64,000 bases of DNA from Chlorokybus atmophyticus (taxonomy: Eukaryota; Plantae; Mesostigma and Chlorokybus algae), in assembly GCA_009103225.1 (NCBI GenBank), contig RHPI01003578.1, forward strand, positions 62,001 through 126,000, given 5' to 3'. The notes under the pieces were generated by a model. That model saw only the letters and a program-made list of their open reading frames with translations, ran no database searches and was not told the origin of the DNA. The translations under genes were made by a program, and so were the position numbers. Positions within the stretch are counted from its first letter, which is position 1. Each line of letters starts with the position of its first letter. Positions 25,201 to 38,107 of this stretch are shown piece after piece.

Positions 25201-27899
25201 GCTGAGCGCGCAGATGGTGAAGCGAACAAGCTCGAATCCCAGCTGCAAGCGGCTCAAGAGGTGAGTACTGGTCAGTTGTTTGCCTAGCATCTCACCTGTG
25301 TTGAGCCTTCCTGACATGTCTTTTGTGTGTTAAAGGCTGTTGCGCAATACGAGAGGCAGCGGCAACTCGATCGTGAGGCTCTTGAGCGCGAGAAGGCCGC
25401 CGAGGTGAGACCCTGTTCTCAATACACAAGGACATGCGCATCGGTGTTGCGAAATCTGCGCAGTGTCTGTGTGTGCATCCAACCTGTTGTTGTGCTTTGC
25501 CACCCCGTCAGGTTGAGAAGCTGAAGGAGGGTCTTGAGACCAAAGCGGAGCAGCTGGCGCGTGAGCTCGCGGAAGCCAAGGCCGCGTTGCAGCGACAGCA
25601 GGCAGCCAACGCAGCGGTAGGCTCGTGACAAATTCTGCTGATGACAAGCGGTGTGCATCGTTGCTGCTCATGTTGGGTAGCAGCATGCTAATCATGCGTG
25701 GTTTGCGTGCAGGCGTTGGCTGCGGAGCAAGCGCGCGTGCAGGCGACGATGAAGGAGATGGAGCAGGTGCGCATGCAGCTGCGGCTTTATGCGAGATGGC
25801 GTTGCCATATATCGACGCATTTCACCAACCACCCGCGCGTTGCCTTTCTGCAGGAGATTGTGACCTCGCGCGCGGAGAGCGCTTCGCAGGCGGACGCCAA
25901 GGCCGAGCAGAACGCGGCTGTCGCGGCTGTCAGCGCAGAACAAGCCGCGGTGCGTGCCATGGCTTAGATGAAGGCGATTGATGCACACCCGTGTAGTGAG
26001 CTTGGGCGTGATGGTGTATGTGATGTGCGTGCCGCAGGAGTTGGAGCGCGAGATACGCGAGACGCGCGCGCAGATGATCGCTGTTCAACTGGAGCACCAG
26101 AGGGTGAGAAAGCGTTGTCGTGCAACTGCACCTTGAGGCAATGCATAGTATTCAGAGAAGAGTGTTGATAATTCGTCTGGTTGGTTGTGTGTGTGCAGAC
26201 ATTGCAGCAGACTCGTCTCGAGTTTCAGCGGCGGCTTGAGACGACAGAAGGCGAGCTCATCAAGGCCAAAAGCTACATCGAACAGGGCGCCGCAGCCCAG
26301 CCCACGTCAGTACAAAAGGTTTGTTGAGTATTTCAACAGCAACCAGCCACTCTCATGCCGTGGCCTCATTGCTCAGCGTTCGACATTGAACACACTTACC
26401 CCATGCAGAAGAAGAAGTTTTGGTCTCTTTCTCGCAAGAAGCACCACCACTCGTCGTCGGACGCGAGCGACACGGACTCCGTGCCCGGCACGCCCTCCTC
26501 GCAGCTGTCGTTCTCCTCTCAGTCTTACATCCACCCGTCGCAAGCGCAAGTGCACCCCGCAAAGACTGAGTCGTGGAACGGCACGGACCAGGCCACGCCA
26601 GACTTCAGACGACTGCCGGACCACGAGTATGTGCGCAACCAGAAGGCAGCCATTGCAAAGCTCTTCGACCATGGTATGCTGTTGTGGGCTTGTACAACTT
26701 GTTTGTCCTTTGAACACGTCTCACGTGTGTATGCGCGTGTGCGCAGTTGGCCTGCCCACCATTTTCGGCCTGTTTGAGTTGGACGACATTGATGTTCGTC
26801 TGCACGCGGCCAAGGTTGTTGCCAACCTGGCAGCTGAAGGTGAGGAGTTGTGTCCTGATTGCGTGTGTCTCATCAGTGCTCTCATCTAGAAAGTGAGTGA
26901 CAACCGCTGTTGGTGTTTGCAGAGGGGAACCAGGAGAAGATTGTCAAGGAGGGCGGGCTCAAGTACGTGCTGAAGCTGCTCACCGTCAACGAGAACGACA
27001 ACGTGTGCCGCGTCGCCGCCGGCGCCATAGCCAACCTTGCCATGAACGGTGAGTGACGGCCTCCTCGCTGCCCCGGCCTGCGCGTGTGTGTGTACGCGGG
27101 CTAAGACAAGAACGGACTCGTTTTGTTGTGTGCAGAGCACAACCAGGTGAGGATCATCGAGGAGGGCGGTCTCAAGCAGCTGGTGGTGCTGGCGAAGCAG
27201 ACGGGAGACCCGCAGACGCAGCGCATGGTCGCGGGCGCCATCGCCAACCTATGCGGCAACGGTAAGCGTCACTTAGAGATGAAAAGCCTCAATCGGTGAG
27301 GAGACTCAGAGTACTCAGATGCGCGTGTTTGTGGTTGCAGCCAGCATCCAGGATGGTTTGAGGTCTCAGGGCGGCATCAAGGCGCTGATACAGCTGGCAA
27401 GCACCGACAGGGTGGAGGTGCTGGCGCAGGTCGCACGCGGATTTGCCAACTTTGCCAAATGTGAGTGCAATGCGACACGTCTCACATGCAAGCACACGCG
27501 TGTGAGTGCTGATTGCTGACCAAGAACACACCCTTGCTCGCAGGTGACAAGGCCGGGCACTCAAAGATCATCGAGGAAGGCGGCCTGCCGTGGATCATCG
27601 CCATGGCTCAGTCCGACATGCCCTCCGTCAAGAAGCACGCGGAGCTGGCGCTCTGTCACGTCGCTCACAGAGGTATGCTGTAAGAGAGAGTTGTAGCCTT
27701 TGGGAGAATCTGGACTCATCTGTGCAGCGAATGCTGATGTCACGTGTTTGCAGAGGAGAATGCTAAGGACGTCCTTGCGAGCGGCGCCCTGAAGCTGCTG
27801 CGCAAAGTAGCCGAGGGTGATTCGACCGACATCGGCCAGCTGGCCAAGAAGACCATTACGGGGTGCAAGCTCTACGAGAACGCGCAAGGTGTAATATAA
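22241..27899 (+). CDS. ARK: Armadillo-repeat kinesin (ARK / kinesin-ARK family), about 22 exons
   Basis: S/G-rich exon 22241-22652 splices in phase to GRVRVAVRCRP (23400); motor motifs AYGQTGTGKT, NSSRSHA, IVDLAGSER, HIPYRDSKLTRILKDS; coiled-coil exons; ARM region RNQKAAIAKLFDHVGL..AAKVVANLAAE, AAGAIANLAMN, AGAIANLCGN; stop TAA 27897-27899. Confidence 0.95.
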
Positions 27900-28482
27900 T
27901 ATTGTTGATCATCATAATGGATCCAATGGTGGCGATGGGGGGCCAAGGAAGTGGCCACATCACCGACCCATGTGTGTCAAGCAAGCAAGGGGGGGAGGTT
28001 CATCACATGATGACATGATGTAACTGCGTAGCGATACACTACTATTGTATGTGATGTCTTTCTGCCCCGAGGTTGTCGTGTCACCATTTGTTAGCTAAAT
28101 AGCTAGCCACCACATAAACAACATTGGCTGGGCGTGTTGCCGGCGGGAGCCCACTCAGCTTCCCCCATGAGGCATAGGCTAGTGGTTGGGAATGACTAGA
28201 AGTCGCGGGTGATTTCTATGTAACTGTTACAACGGGTAAGTAGGAGTAAGGTGAAAGACTGGCTGGCAAGGCTTGTCTCAAGCTCGGCTTTGGAGCTGTG
28301 GGCTGGCACATTTTAACTGCACTCACATTCTATTGGCACACGTCTGTGCGAGATGACAGTACATGCTGCCATGAGGGATACGTGCACGTAATGCTGCTGG
28401 ACTGGGTTCGCACATGACTCTAACCTGCAATGAAGGATGCTAAAAACCCAGAAGAGGAAACAAAACAAGTGATTATCGCTAT

Positions 28483-30204
28483 TTACAATCCACCTTCTGC
28501 ACCCGCCAGCTGCAATGCCACGAACACGCATACAAGTCGATCACTTGCGCGCAGTACGCTATATGTGCCGCTGCTTGCATGCTCGCAGCAGCGCGCACTG
28601 CAGTAGCTGAAACGAGGCCACCTTTTCACGGTGGACATCATCATCTGCGCCATCGGAAGCCGCCGCACGCATGACGGCGGTCTTGATGCAAGCTGCGAGC
28701 GTGGCGTCCCGCAGTCTCCTCCTCACAACCTTCAACATCTTGCTCAACAGGCGCTCATCGCTGCCGCTTTGACACTCGGTCCAGCGGGCGAGCTCGGCGG
28801 GGGTCAACGTACATGCAGGGAGAGCCACGCACTCCTCATGCCCCCGTTGGTACGCATGGTGACCAACCACCGCGCGCAGGACTGCACGCAACATCCTTAG
28901 CCGATGATGGTCGCGCAGCCGCCCGCACATGCAAACGAGCTTCGCCATTGCGGCGCGGGTGTCAGCACGCGTGGAGTACGCCCATTCGTTCCACGCTCGC
29001 AGCAGGGTGGCGTTGTCAGCAGCGGGATCATCGGCGTCGACCACGGTGTCGGCGCTGTTGATGCCTCCGCTCTGCACCCGCGTTTGGATGAGTGGATACA
29101 CGCCGTTGGTATCGCCCTCGTCGCTGGCCATGGCGTCACCTGGTTCCTCCTTCACCCGCACCCCCGCCAATGCATGGCTGGAGCCTTCAGTCTCACCATG
29201 CTGGATGCAGGACGGCATCGCCGCTGCCAACAAGGATGCATGAATGGCCATAGCGTGAGGTTCTGCAATAGCCAACCACTCCTGGTGCTGCTGCGTAACT
29301 AAGTCGAAGATGGGGCATTCAAGTGACGCGCATGCATGCACGAGTTATAGTCACCGATGGTGCAATGGTGACAAGAAAACGCCCAGACTCTATATGGAAG
29401 TGGTCATCAATCAAGCCCATATGAACTGGTGGCGATGGTACATGTACACTGGTGGTGGATGCTCAAGCCCGCGTCGGGAACGGCACACTAGCTGCACTAC
29501 GGCGCAAAGTTGGTGGACGTGAGGGCCAGTCACGTCATGCTCATGGTGATAACGTGCACGACAACGAGGATGACTGTGTGACGGCCATGCGCGCGGGCAA
29601 GGCTACCTGCATCGTCGCCGCGTATCCTGCGAGGTCGCTTGCCTCTGTCTCCGCGGCCGTCATCACCAATGTCATGAACTCGCAGCCTGCGCTTCGGAGA
29701 CGGAACACTTCCGGTCAAAGCAGCAGCTCCAGCACGCTGTCCTTCATGTTGTTGGGATGGCAGCACCGACGTCGCCGCGACGGCCGCATACGGGGGGGGC
29801 AGCACTCTCTCCGCCGGTGCTGGAGCAGCTGGGACACATCGCGGAAGGGGCGAAGGGGGAAGACGAGGAGGCGGGGGAGAAGCAGCAGGGAGCGCAGCAA
29901 TGCGCCTGGGTATGTCTCCCCCTATGCTCTGGTCTTCCTCGGGTAGGACGGCCGCGTCGCCGTCGGCGGCGGAGGCTCCGTCAACGTGGAAGCCGTCTGG
30001 CAGACGGCCGCCATGCATGAGCGCCGTCGCCCCCTGACATGACGCCGGCCGCCGCTGCCGCTGCCGGCGGCGGCTCAGCGCCAGAAAGGCCCATGCTGCC
30101 GCGAAGCAGCACAGCGTCAACGCCGATGCCAGCAGCATGCCCGAGTTGAAGCTTGGCGTCGGTGGAGGAGGCGGAGGAGGAGGAGGGGGTGGCGATGCCG
30201 GCAT
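28483..30204 (-). CDS. Unidentified spliced gene: N-terminal Pro-rich and hydrophobic segment, C-terminal helical repeats possibly RST-like
   Basis: Long open frames 29530-30525 and 28559-29341 with CpG-rich exon-like composition, donor-like sites (GCAG/GTAGCC at ~29607, AAG/GTGGCC), SPKRRLR and VKEEP motifs; exon structure not resolved. Confidence 0.45.
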
Positions 30205-31216
30205 AGGCCATGTCCCCAGCGACGACCACATGGTGCAGCAGCCGCAGAGGCAGCGATGGCGGCCTTGCCCGTGTCTGTCTCGCTGAAGAAAGAGAGGTTC
30301 TGTGCGGCTGTGTGTGTTTGAAACGCAGGGAATGAGGCACAAGGAGTTGGTGCACGCCTCCTCCACCCTTGACCCTGCATTCCCTCTGATTGCCACTGCG
30401 TTGCCTGTCACATCAACGCTGTGACGATGGCAACAGATACGAGGCGCAATACATGTACGGGCGGTCATCGGTGGTACCGACCACACTCTGCACCACAACG
30501 CGTTGGTTCTGTGCCTGAGGTTCAACCTGTCCCGTCAGCAATGCACGTGACTCTCCCCCCTTTAGCAACCATCACACGCCGCAGCAAACAAGCGGCCCAA
30601 CAAGCAGCCGAGTGAACAACGACGCTGCGCCGTTAAGCATGTGTGCTTGTTTAAGGCAGCTTGCCTGCTGTGTGCATCCACGATACAGCGGCTGGAAGCT
30701 GCGCCATGAGGTGTGTAGGGGGCAGGCGCTGAGAGAGAGAAGAAGAAGAGTACAATTGTAAACAGATGTGCACGCGCCTCTGCTTGTTAGTTGTGATGCT
30801 GTCCTTGTTGCGGTGCACTGTGTGCTTCGCAGTCACGTACGCACAACAAAGCTTTCGTACGAGAGAAACGTTGGTGGGGGTAATGTCATTCACCCTGCCA
30901 GCAATGTTGTATCCGGTGAGTTGTTGAATGTTGGTCATTGGTCACTTATTCATATCCTCAGCTGCTGCTCAGTCTGCATGTGGCTGCAACAGCAAGCAAG
31001 GCAAAGCGCTGCTGCTAACAGACGTTGACAACTTGTAAGAAAGCTTGGGAGCAGTCTCATGCCTTGTGCGTGAGCGTGTGAAACCCATGCGTGACATGAT
31101 GGTGTGTACATTATGTCTTTGAAGCGCCTCGTCCAATGTGATGCCGAGCCATGTGTGTGTGCATTGCAGCCCAATCAGCAGCACCTGATTCCCACTGGAT
31201 CTGACCGCAGCATGCG

Positions 31217-31257
<41 letters not shown>

Positions 31258-31258
31258 N
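31217..31258. other. 41-nt poly-C run ending in an ambiguous base (N at 31258)
   Basis: Direct read; probable low-quality assembly position. Confidence 0.9.
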
Positions 31259-32235
31259 GGTGAGTCATCTAGCTATCAGTGTGGACAGTGTTAGCAGCTG
31301 TTACAGCACGGCTGTGCGAACCATGATGGACGCCAGTCTTTCTTACAAACTCGTTTATCGTCAACATGCGATCCCATTGCATGGCAACTTGCTCAACGTA
31401 GATTTCGCTTGCTTAGTTGATTTGGCTGGATTGTGTGTATCTAGCCCGATGGTCATATTGAGGTTAGTGTAGAAAATATGCAATGCTGTGCGTGTGAGTG
31501 TGGTTGTAGCCGAGTGTCGTGTCCATGGATGTGTTGTACTTGTTGCATACATTGCTTGCATAATATGTACATAGCCCGGCGGTGAATACGAGCACCTGGT
31601 GGTGTGGTGAGTTACATGTACATACAATGCGCGTGGCATATGTGTTGCGTGTCTCACACGCTCATATATACGAAGGTCGTACCACATTTGTCTCACAACG
31701 GATGTGAAGCACTGATTGCATGCCTAGAATAGTTTTGGAGATCTATGTGCACTCTCATACACGGCGCAACTGCGTGCACCACATATAGTAAACAAATATA
31801 CAACATATGCCATGCAACGGTGCGTGCGTGCAGTGTCGTTAGATGGAGGGAATCCAGCAGAGCACTGGGCATACTGATAACATTGGATAATTGTATGTGA
31901 GCTCCATCAGCACAATCCAAACTCGTAGCCGGTTGCTGTACACTTGATGTGCCATCCGCAGGCTGTGCATGTCAGCAATTGCTCCAATGCACTACGTAAC
32001 ATACTGGACTGCAAATAATCCGAAACGAAAACTCCTGAACCCTGCCCCCAGCTCAAGATAGCAAAACTTGCTTGCGGACTTCTGCAGATGGCGCGGAGAC
32101 GCACTGCTACCAATCTGAAAGCCTGAAACTACAACCTAACCACCTGCCAAAGCCAACCTACCGCGCGACGGGTTGATGCAAAGCTGTTGGGTGCAGAACT
32201 GGCCTGGGCTGCACGGTGTTCTACGCAGGCTTCGC

Positions 32236-34660
32236 TCAAGCTGCGACGGGCTTGCCGCCAAGGGTTGGGAAGGATGCATCATCATCAATCCGGGGTGCTG
32301 AAGCAGAGACCGAACGGCCGCGATAGCCCTGGTTGTTGCCCTGATATCCGCCGCGACCGCGGCCTCCCTCATAGCCGCCGCGCCCTCCCTCGTATCCGCC
32401 ACGGCCACCCTCATAACCCCCGCGTCTATCCTCAGAGCCGCCGCGACCACCCTCATAATTGCCGCGTCCTCCCTCGTAGCCACCGCGTCCTCCCTCAAAG
32501 CCACCGCGTCCTCCCTCATAGCCTCCGCGCCCGCGACCACCGCGGGGACCGCCGCGACCGCGGTTGCGGTTGCCGTAGTACTTGGCAGCGAGCTCCTCGG
32601 CATCAGCGGTACCATCGGGGTTGAAGAAGGTGCTTATCGACATCGGCTGCGGATGAGACAACTGAGTCAGTACACACCAGAACACCAGTAAACATGCTCA
32701 GCAGGCGTTGGTAAATGCCACATTATTGAAGACAGTGCTAACCTTGGCCTTGTTAACTTCCTTCTGCTCACGCTTGGCCTCCTCCAGCTTCTTCTTCCCT
32801 TTCTTGTCAGCAGACTGCACTCAAACCGTTCAATGACCAGATCTGATGCCTTGTGCCGTGCACAAAACAGAAGGCAAGGCACCCTAGATCCACCAACTTA
32901 CCAGCTGCACGAAGATCTCTTCCTCTTCGGAAGGCCTTGTCACAACTTGCATGGTCTCGAACGCCTTGTCCTTGTTCACCTTGCGGACTTCCACTGGCTT
33001 GTTCAAGTTCTTGCGTCGTTCCTCCAAAAGTTTTTCATACTCTTCCAGGGACATCTCCTGCGCCAATTGTACACATCAGACGAAACATGCTGCAAGTGCC
33101 AGAATCCCAATGTTCTGCAGCCAACAGCGTGGTGCCCTCTGATTGATACCCTAGTGGAAGCACATGCAATCGATATAGCAGTGATGGCAAACGAACATGC
33201 AATGCGATGCGTACATGACAAACACAGACCAGCAATGGGGGAGGCATGCAGTATAATGGTAGCTGTCAAGTCAAGCAATCCCAAGAAGTTGGAATGCATA
33301 AGGTGGTTGGGTAACTTACGTTGTCCTCTTCGGCCGGCTTGGCCTCCTCAGCAGCGGCTGGGGCCTCGCCTTCTGCTGGTTCCGCAGCTGGAGCATCGGT
33401 TGCTTCAACATCCTTGTCGTCTGCCTTTTCCTTCTCTTCAGCAACCTCGCTGAATCAAATATCATTGCCCACATTCAATAGCGAGCTCATGCAAGACGTC
33501 GTTTGTAATGGGTATCATACTCAACTTTCCTCAGTGAGACTGCACAGCATGCTGGCAACGCTCATAAACAAGTACAATAAGGCACAATGCTTACGCAGTG
33601 ATAGCGTCGGAGGTGCTGCCCCAGTTGCCCTTTCCAGATCCACTGCGCTTGGTTTCATGCCTGTGACACACAGAGAGTAATCAACACATGCGCGTTGGCA
33701 ACATGCCCCACACGCAACTGCCACAAGGCCAGTTAAACTAGATCAGAAGCATTCCAACAGCGACAGCTACAGGGGCCTGCTGTGCAATGTAGCAGGCCTG
33801 CTGTGATGCGATGAGGAAACAATCACGTTACAGCAGTCGAAGGGGGGGGGGGGGCAAGGCATTGCAGGGCGCGTCTAGTTGTACAACAACACGACACATT
33901 CGCTTACGCCATAAAACAGAATATCTACTTCCTTTAAGACAACCACCTGGCTGCACTCCCTGCATGCTGCAAGTATCCCTGGACAACCTAATGGACTCTA
34001 CGGGCATGCACCTGGTGCATGCAAGCAAAGTAAATTGCCATGCAAACACGTCATGAGCTGATCATGCCAGTAAGCGCACACCAGCGTAACGAAAGCGATT
34101 GCATGCAGAAAACAAGGACGTTCATCAGTGCCTTACCCGCGACCAGTGCCACTGTGCCTGTCAAACTCCCTGCGGCGTGGGGGACGTTCATCAGTGCGCT
34201 CATCGACGGGGACGGCGCCCTCCTCAGTGCTTGCGGCAACATGGTTGCTGGCATGGTTGCCGGCAGCATTGTTGTTGCCATGGTAGTTGGCGCCACCGCC
34301 GCGACCACGGCCCCTGTAGCCGCCGCCGCGGCCACGATTACGGTCGGCATTGCCCGAGGCGTTGTCGGCATCGCCGGCGTCCTCGGCGGAGCCCACGGGG
34401 CGGTAATTTTGGTTCTGGTAGCCGCCTCGGCCACCACCGCCGGGGCCGCCTCGCCCCCGATAGCCGCCCCGGCCTCCGCGGGCAGCCGCCGGAGCAGCGG
34501 CGGCGGCAGGAGCCGCCGGAGCAGGAGCGGGCTGCTCCTTCTCCTTGGGTGCCTGGGGAGCGGGCTTCTTAGCCTCCTCCTTCACGGCCCGTGCCACAAC
34601 CTCCTGAGGATCGCCGCCCTCGTCATCGCCCAGCAGCTCGAAAAAGTTGGCCGTTGCCAT
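32236..34660 (-). CDS. RGG-repeat RNA-binding protein (HABP4/PAI-RBP1/SERBP1/Stm1 family)
   Basis: MATANFFELLGDDE start, RREFDRHSGTGRG / HETKRSGSGKGNWG, EMSLEEYEK, RGG and GGYEGGRG repeats, C-terminal APRIDDDASFPTLG; six GT-AG exons. Confidence 0.93.
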
Positions 34661-35982
34661 CGCTGCTGCTGCCGCTGCCGCCGCAGCTGGTGCGGCGCCC
34701 TCCTTCTCCTCAGGCGTTGATTCACGGCCGCGGGTGAGCCATTGCCACTTCACCCTCTGTCCACAACAATGCGACTTGCGCCTCTGATGATGGCTGAGCT
34801 CAGCCCGGCCAACGACGCCGACAACACCACTGTCGCCGCCGCCGCCGCCTGCCAAAAAGACCAACCCTAGAGGAGGCGGCTATCTCAAGCAGTTTCCCTT
34901 ACCGGTTAACCACAACCCTGTGGCTCGGTTAATACGCGACAACGACGGATCTGGATGCACTCGCCTGCAAAGTATAACCAAACACAGTTGACGTTGTCAC
35001 CGTTTCGGCCCTGTTAAAACCCGTACGGCGCTGTTTAGCAAGTTAACCGCGAAATGAATCTAGCAGAAAAGGATTCATGTTGTTCTGCGCGGAGGGTCGC
35101 CCTGCTCTGCGGTGCGCTGCGGGCGAGGCAAGGGAAACTGCGCGGGCGGGCAGCACAACGGCTTTGGCACTGGGGATGATCGGGATCGACGGCTTCGTCG
35201 CGACCCTTGCGCTTCGGGACGACAGCATCGCACGGTCAGGACAATTTGCAGCCTTTGGCAGGGCCTAATGACAAGGGGGGGGGGACGAGTGCATTGCATG
35301 CACGCATGTGTGTGTGAGTGTACGTGTATGTGAAGCAGAGTGCACAACCGTTGTGCACTCTCACCAAAAAGGGCTCTCTTTGATGAGAGCAAAGTGCTTA
35401 AGGCCAGGCAGGCATTACAATATCATTATTGTTATGCCTAAAGGGGTAAAGGGGGCTTAAGTTACTCTCAGCTTCGCAATAATGCGGTAAGTAACAAGGA
35501 TTAAGTGAGGATTTCGTATGGTCATGCGTGTAGCACTTGGCACACGAGTTGTGTGCGCTTCAGGTAAAGTCATTGCTGCCAATTGCCTGCCTCACTGCCA
35601 TTGCGTTGCACAGCATATAACAACACTTTGGGTAGCAAGTAGGTAGCCTCAGGTGTAATCTTATATGGCTGAGGTGTATGCTGTGCTTGCCTTGCTATGC
35701 ATCTTTGCTTGTGCATGCATGTTTGTAAATTACATCATATGATATCACGCACATATCATGCACATATCACGCACATTCCATTATCGTATACGGTATGAGC
35801 TATACCATATATTTGCCGTGAAGATAGTTCTTGTAAACGTGCGCTGGGTGTGCAAGAGATTAGCAGCTACTGGTAGCACCTCTTTTGTCTACCACTGGTA
35901 GCAAGTGATGGGTTGGTTGGTGTAAAATGTCTGCATTTGTATGCATGTGTATGCACACAATTAATGTAGCTAGAACATGCCA

Positions 35983-36498
35983 TGTCACAGCCCACTCGAC
36001 TACAAAAGACTTGGTGCTTTTATGGTCGATTTGTGGTAATTTAATGTACCTTCCCGTTACATTCCCCCCATTTAAGAATGCTGTCCTCGGCAGCTGGCTC
36101 GCATCAGCTGGGGAATCATCCCAGGGGTCTGCTTAGGGTCGGTCACCGGCCCCACCACCCAAGGACCGGCCAATTTAGGCCCATACCGGTCAACGCGCGC
36201 ATAGCGAAACGCTGCCGGCCCCACAGGTCGCGTCGCCGCAATAGGCAGGTCGCGCCCTGCCGCGCCGACTGAACTAGTCAAATCGGCGCGACTGCCATTA
36301 GGCAAGTCGCGACCCATCGATGATGGCACTTATAAAGACCATTTACGATGTTATTGGATCAAGAAACAACGGTCGCGAAATTCGTGTGCAAGGCAGGAAT
36401 CTCAAGCTCCGATGACCAATGTCACAGCCCACTCGACCATAAAAGACTTGGTACTTTTATAATCAATTTGTGGTAATCCAATGTACCTTCCCGTTACA
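35983..36498 (-). mobile_element. TRIM-1 (terminal-repeat retrotransposon in miniature), 516 bp
   Basis: 79-bp TG...CA direct repeats 35983-36061 and 36420-36498; 5-bp TSD TGCCA both sides; PBS-like TGGTCATCGGAGC (36406-36418, minus); PPT TGGGGGGAA; no coding capacity. Confidence 0.93.
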
Positions 36499-38107
36499 TG
36501 CCATATGCTGTCGTGAATGATTGAACTTTCACAATAACAAAGGCTAATGTGTGATTAGTCCGAGGCTTACGTGTGGCAGCCCGAAGGCATAAGTTGTGCT
36601 CAACGCAATCATAAGAAGGCAAGTTGCATTGAACTTGGGTGTTCTAGATCTGAGAGCAGCAAAAAGGGTGTATACAGGCGGTTCCAACAAGTGTTCGGGC
36701 GGCTCAGCTGATGCCACCAACCGAGTATGCGGCATACTTGACTTTGGTGTGTGGGGTGCCTAGTATAGTTGTTCCAGGGGCTCTCCCTCTCATCTCTTAA
36801 AGGGTGGAGTGTCTTGGATAGCCTTGCACGAGTATGTGGGGTGCTTGAAAGTGCATGTGAGCTGAGAGTAGAGGGATTGAAGTTTATTGTCTCCTTCCTG
36901 GTGCGGTGCTGGCTATCTCTTCACCAAGGTGCTGCACCGGGGTTTATGAGTGGATTCGAATCGATTTGAATTCTTGTGCATGTGCACAAATGTGTGACGC
37001 TCACTAGCAAGTAAGTGAGTGCCACACGTGACAACTATACAACTGTTTGCAATTATGCGCTTAATCAAGGGGCCAGCTTGTACCAAGCATAACAACAGGC
37101 AATGCAAGCACAGGACTGACTTACAAGGTGGCCATAATGCAAGCATGAGTGGATTAAGTCGTTTCTGCAGCAAGAGTGACACCGTATCCGGCAAACACCG
37201 GCAGTATTGGCCGGATTTGTAAATGTACGTTGCATGTCTTTTTTGAAGCATATGCTTGCTGGTGGTGTGCAATCACAATCATTGGCATCAACATGTTGTA
37301 AGCACTCATAAAAACACGACATATGTACCGTAATTGTGGCACAAGTATCTGGACCCTGTTTTGGATATCAGGACATCTCCGTGTTATGCATGTCCAGCAA
37401 CAATCTGATTGTTTTTTGCTGTGTGGCAGCACAAGATGTCATCCACACATGGCTAGCCTAGTGTGATAGAGTGCTATGCCCCGGATGTTTAGCATTGCCA
37501 CCATATGCATGCCTAGCCTTGCCGCTGTTCGCTGTTGCTAAAAATTCACCATGTATGTGGGGTGAGTGTGTGCCAACAATACATTTCAACAATTGCTATA
37601 CCCGGGGGGCAATGGGGCCACACAAATACATCAACAGATACGGCAAGTAGCAATATACGACGCGGCGTTCTTACTATGTTTTCTCACTCACCTGCGTAGC
37701 ATACGTGTCAATACAATTAATTTAGTACACATAAGGAAAATGTCATGTTATTACCGCCCTGATTTTAGGATAGTTCTACGCTAGCAACCATTCTGACCGA
37801 GTAGCAGCTTGCTGGTGCTGCTATGCAATGTTGCACCTGCCCTTTGCCCTTGCCCTTGCAATATATTATATAAGTCCTTTTGGTGCCAATCCTTTCGATG
37901 CAACCGTCGAGAATGAAGTCATGGGACACTATGTGGAAGTCGTGTTAGAAATTTGACTGCAAGAAGGCACAGCTACATGGCAACAGAGAACAGCGCAACA
38001 TGGCAACACGCGTCACAACAGAAATGCATACTGCACACTGTGATGTGCATGCAGCTGCAAGTTGTGCATGCAGCTGCAACGTTGGTGGTCTGATTGGCCC
38101 AGAGCTA

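Noticed and set aside
31217-31258. Poly-C tract as a functional element
   Set aside because: Ends in an N; most likely an assembly or sequencing artefact of uncertain length
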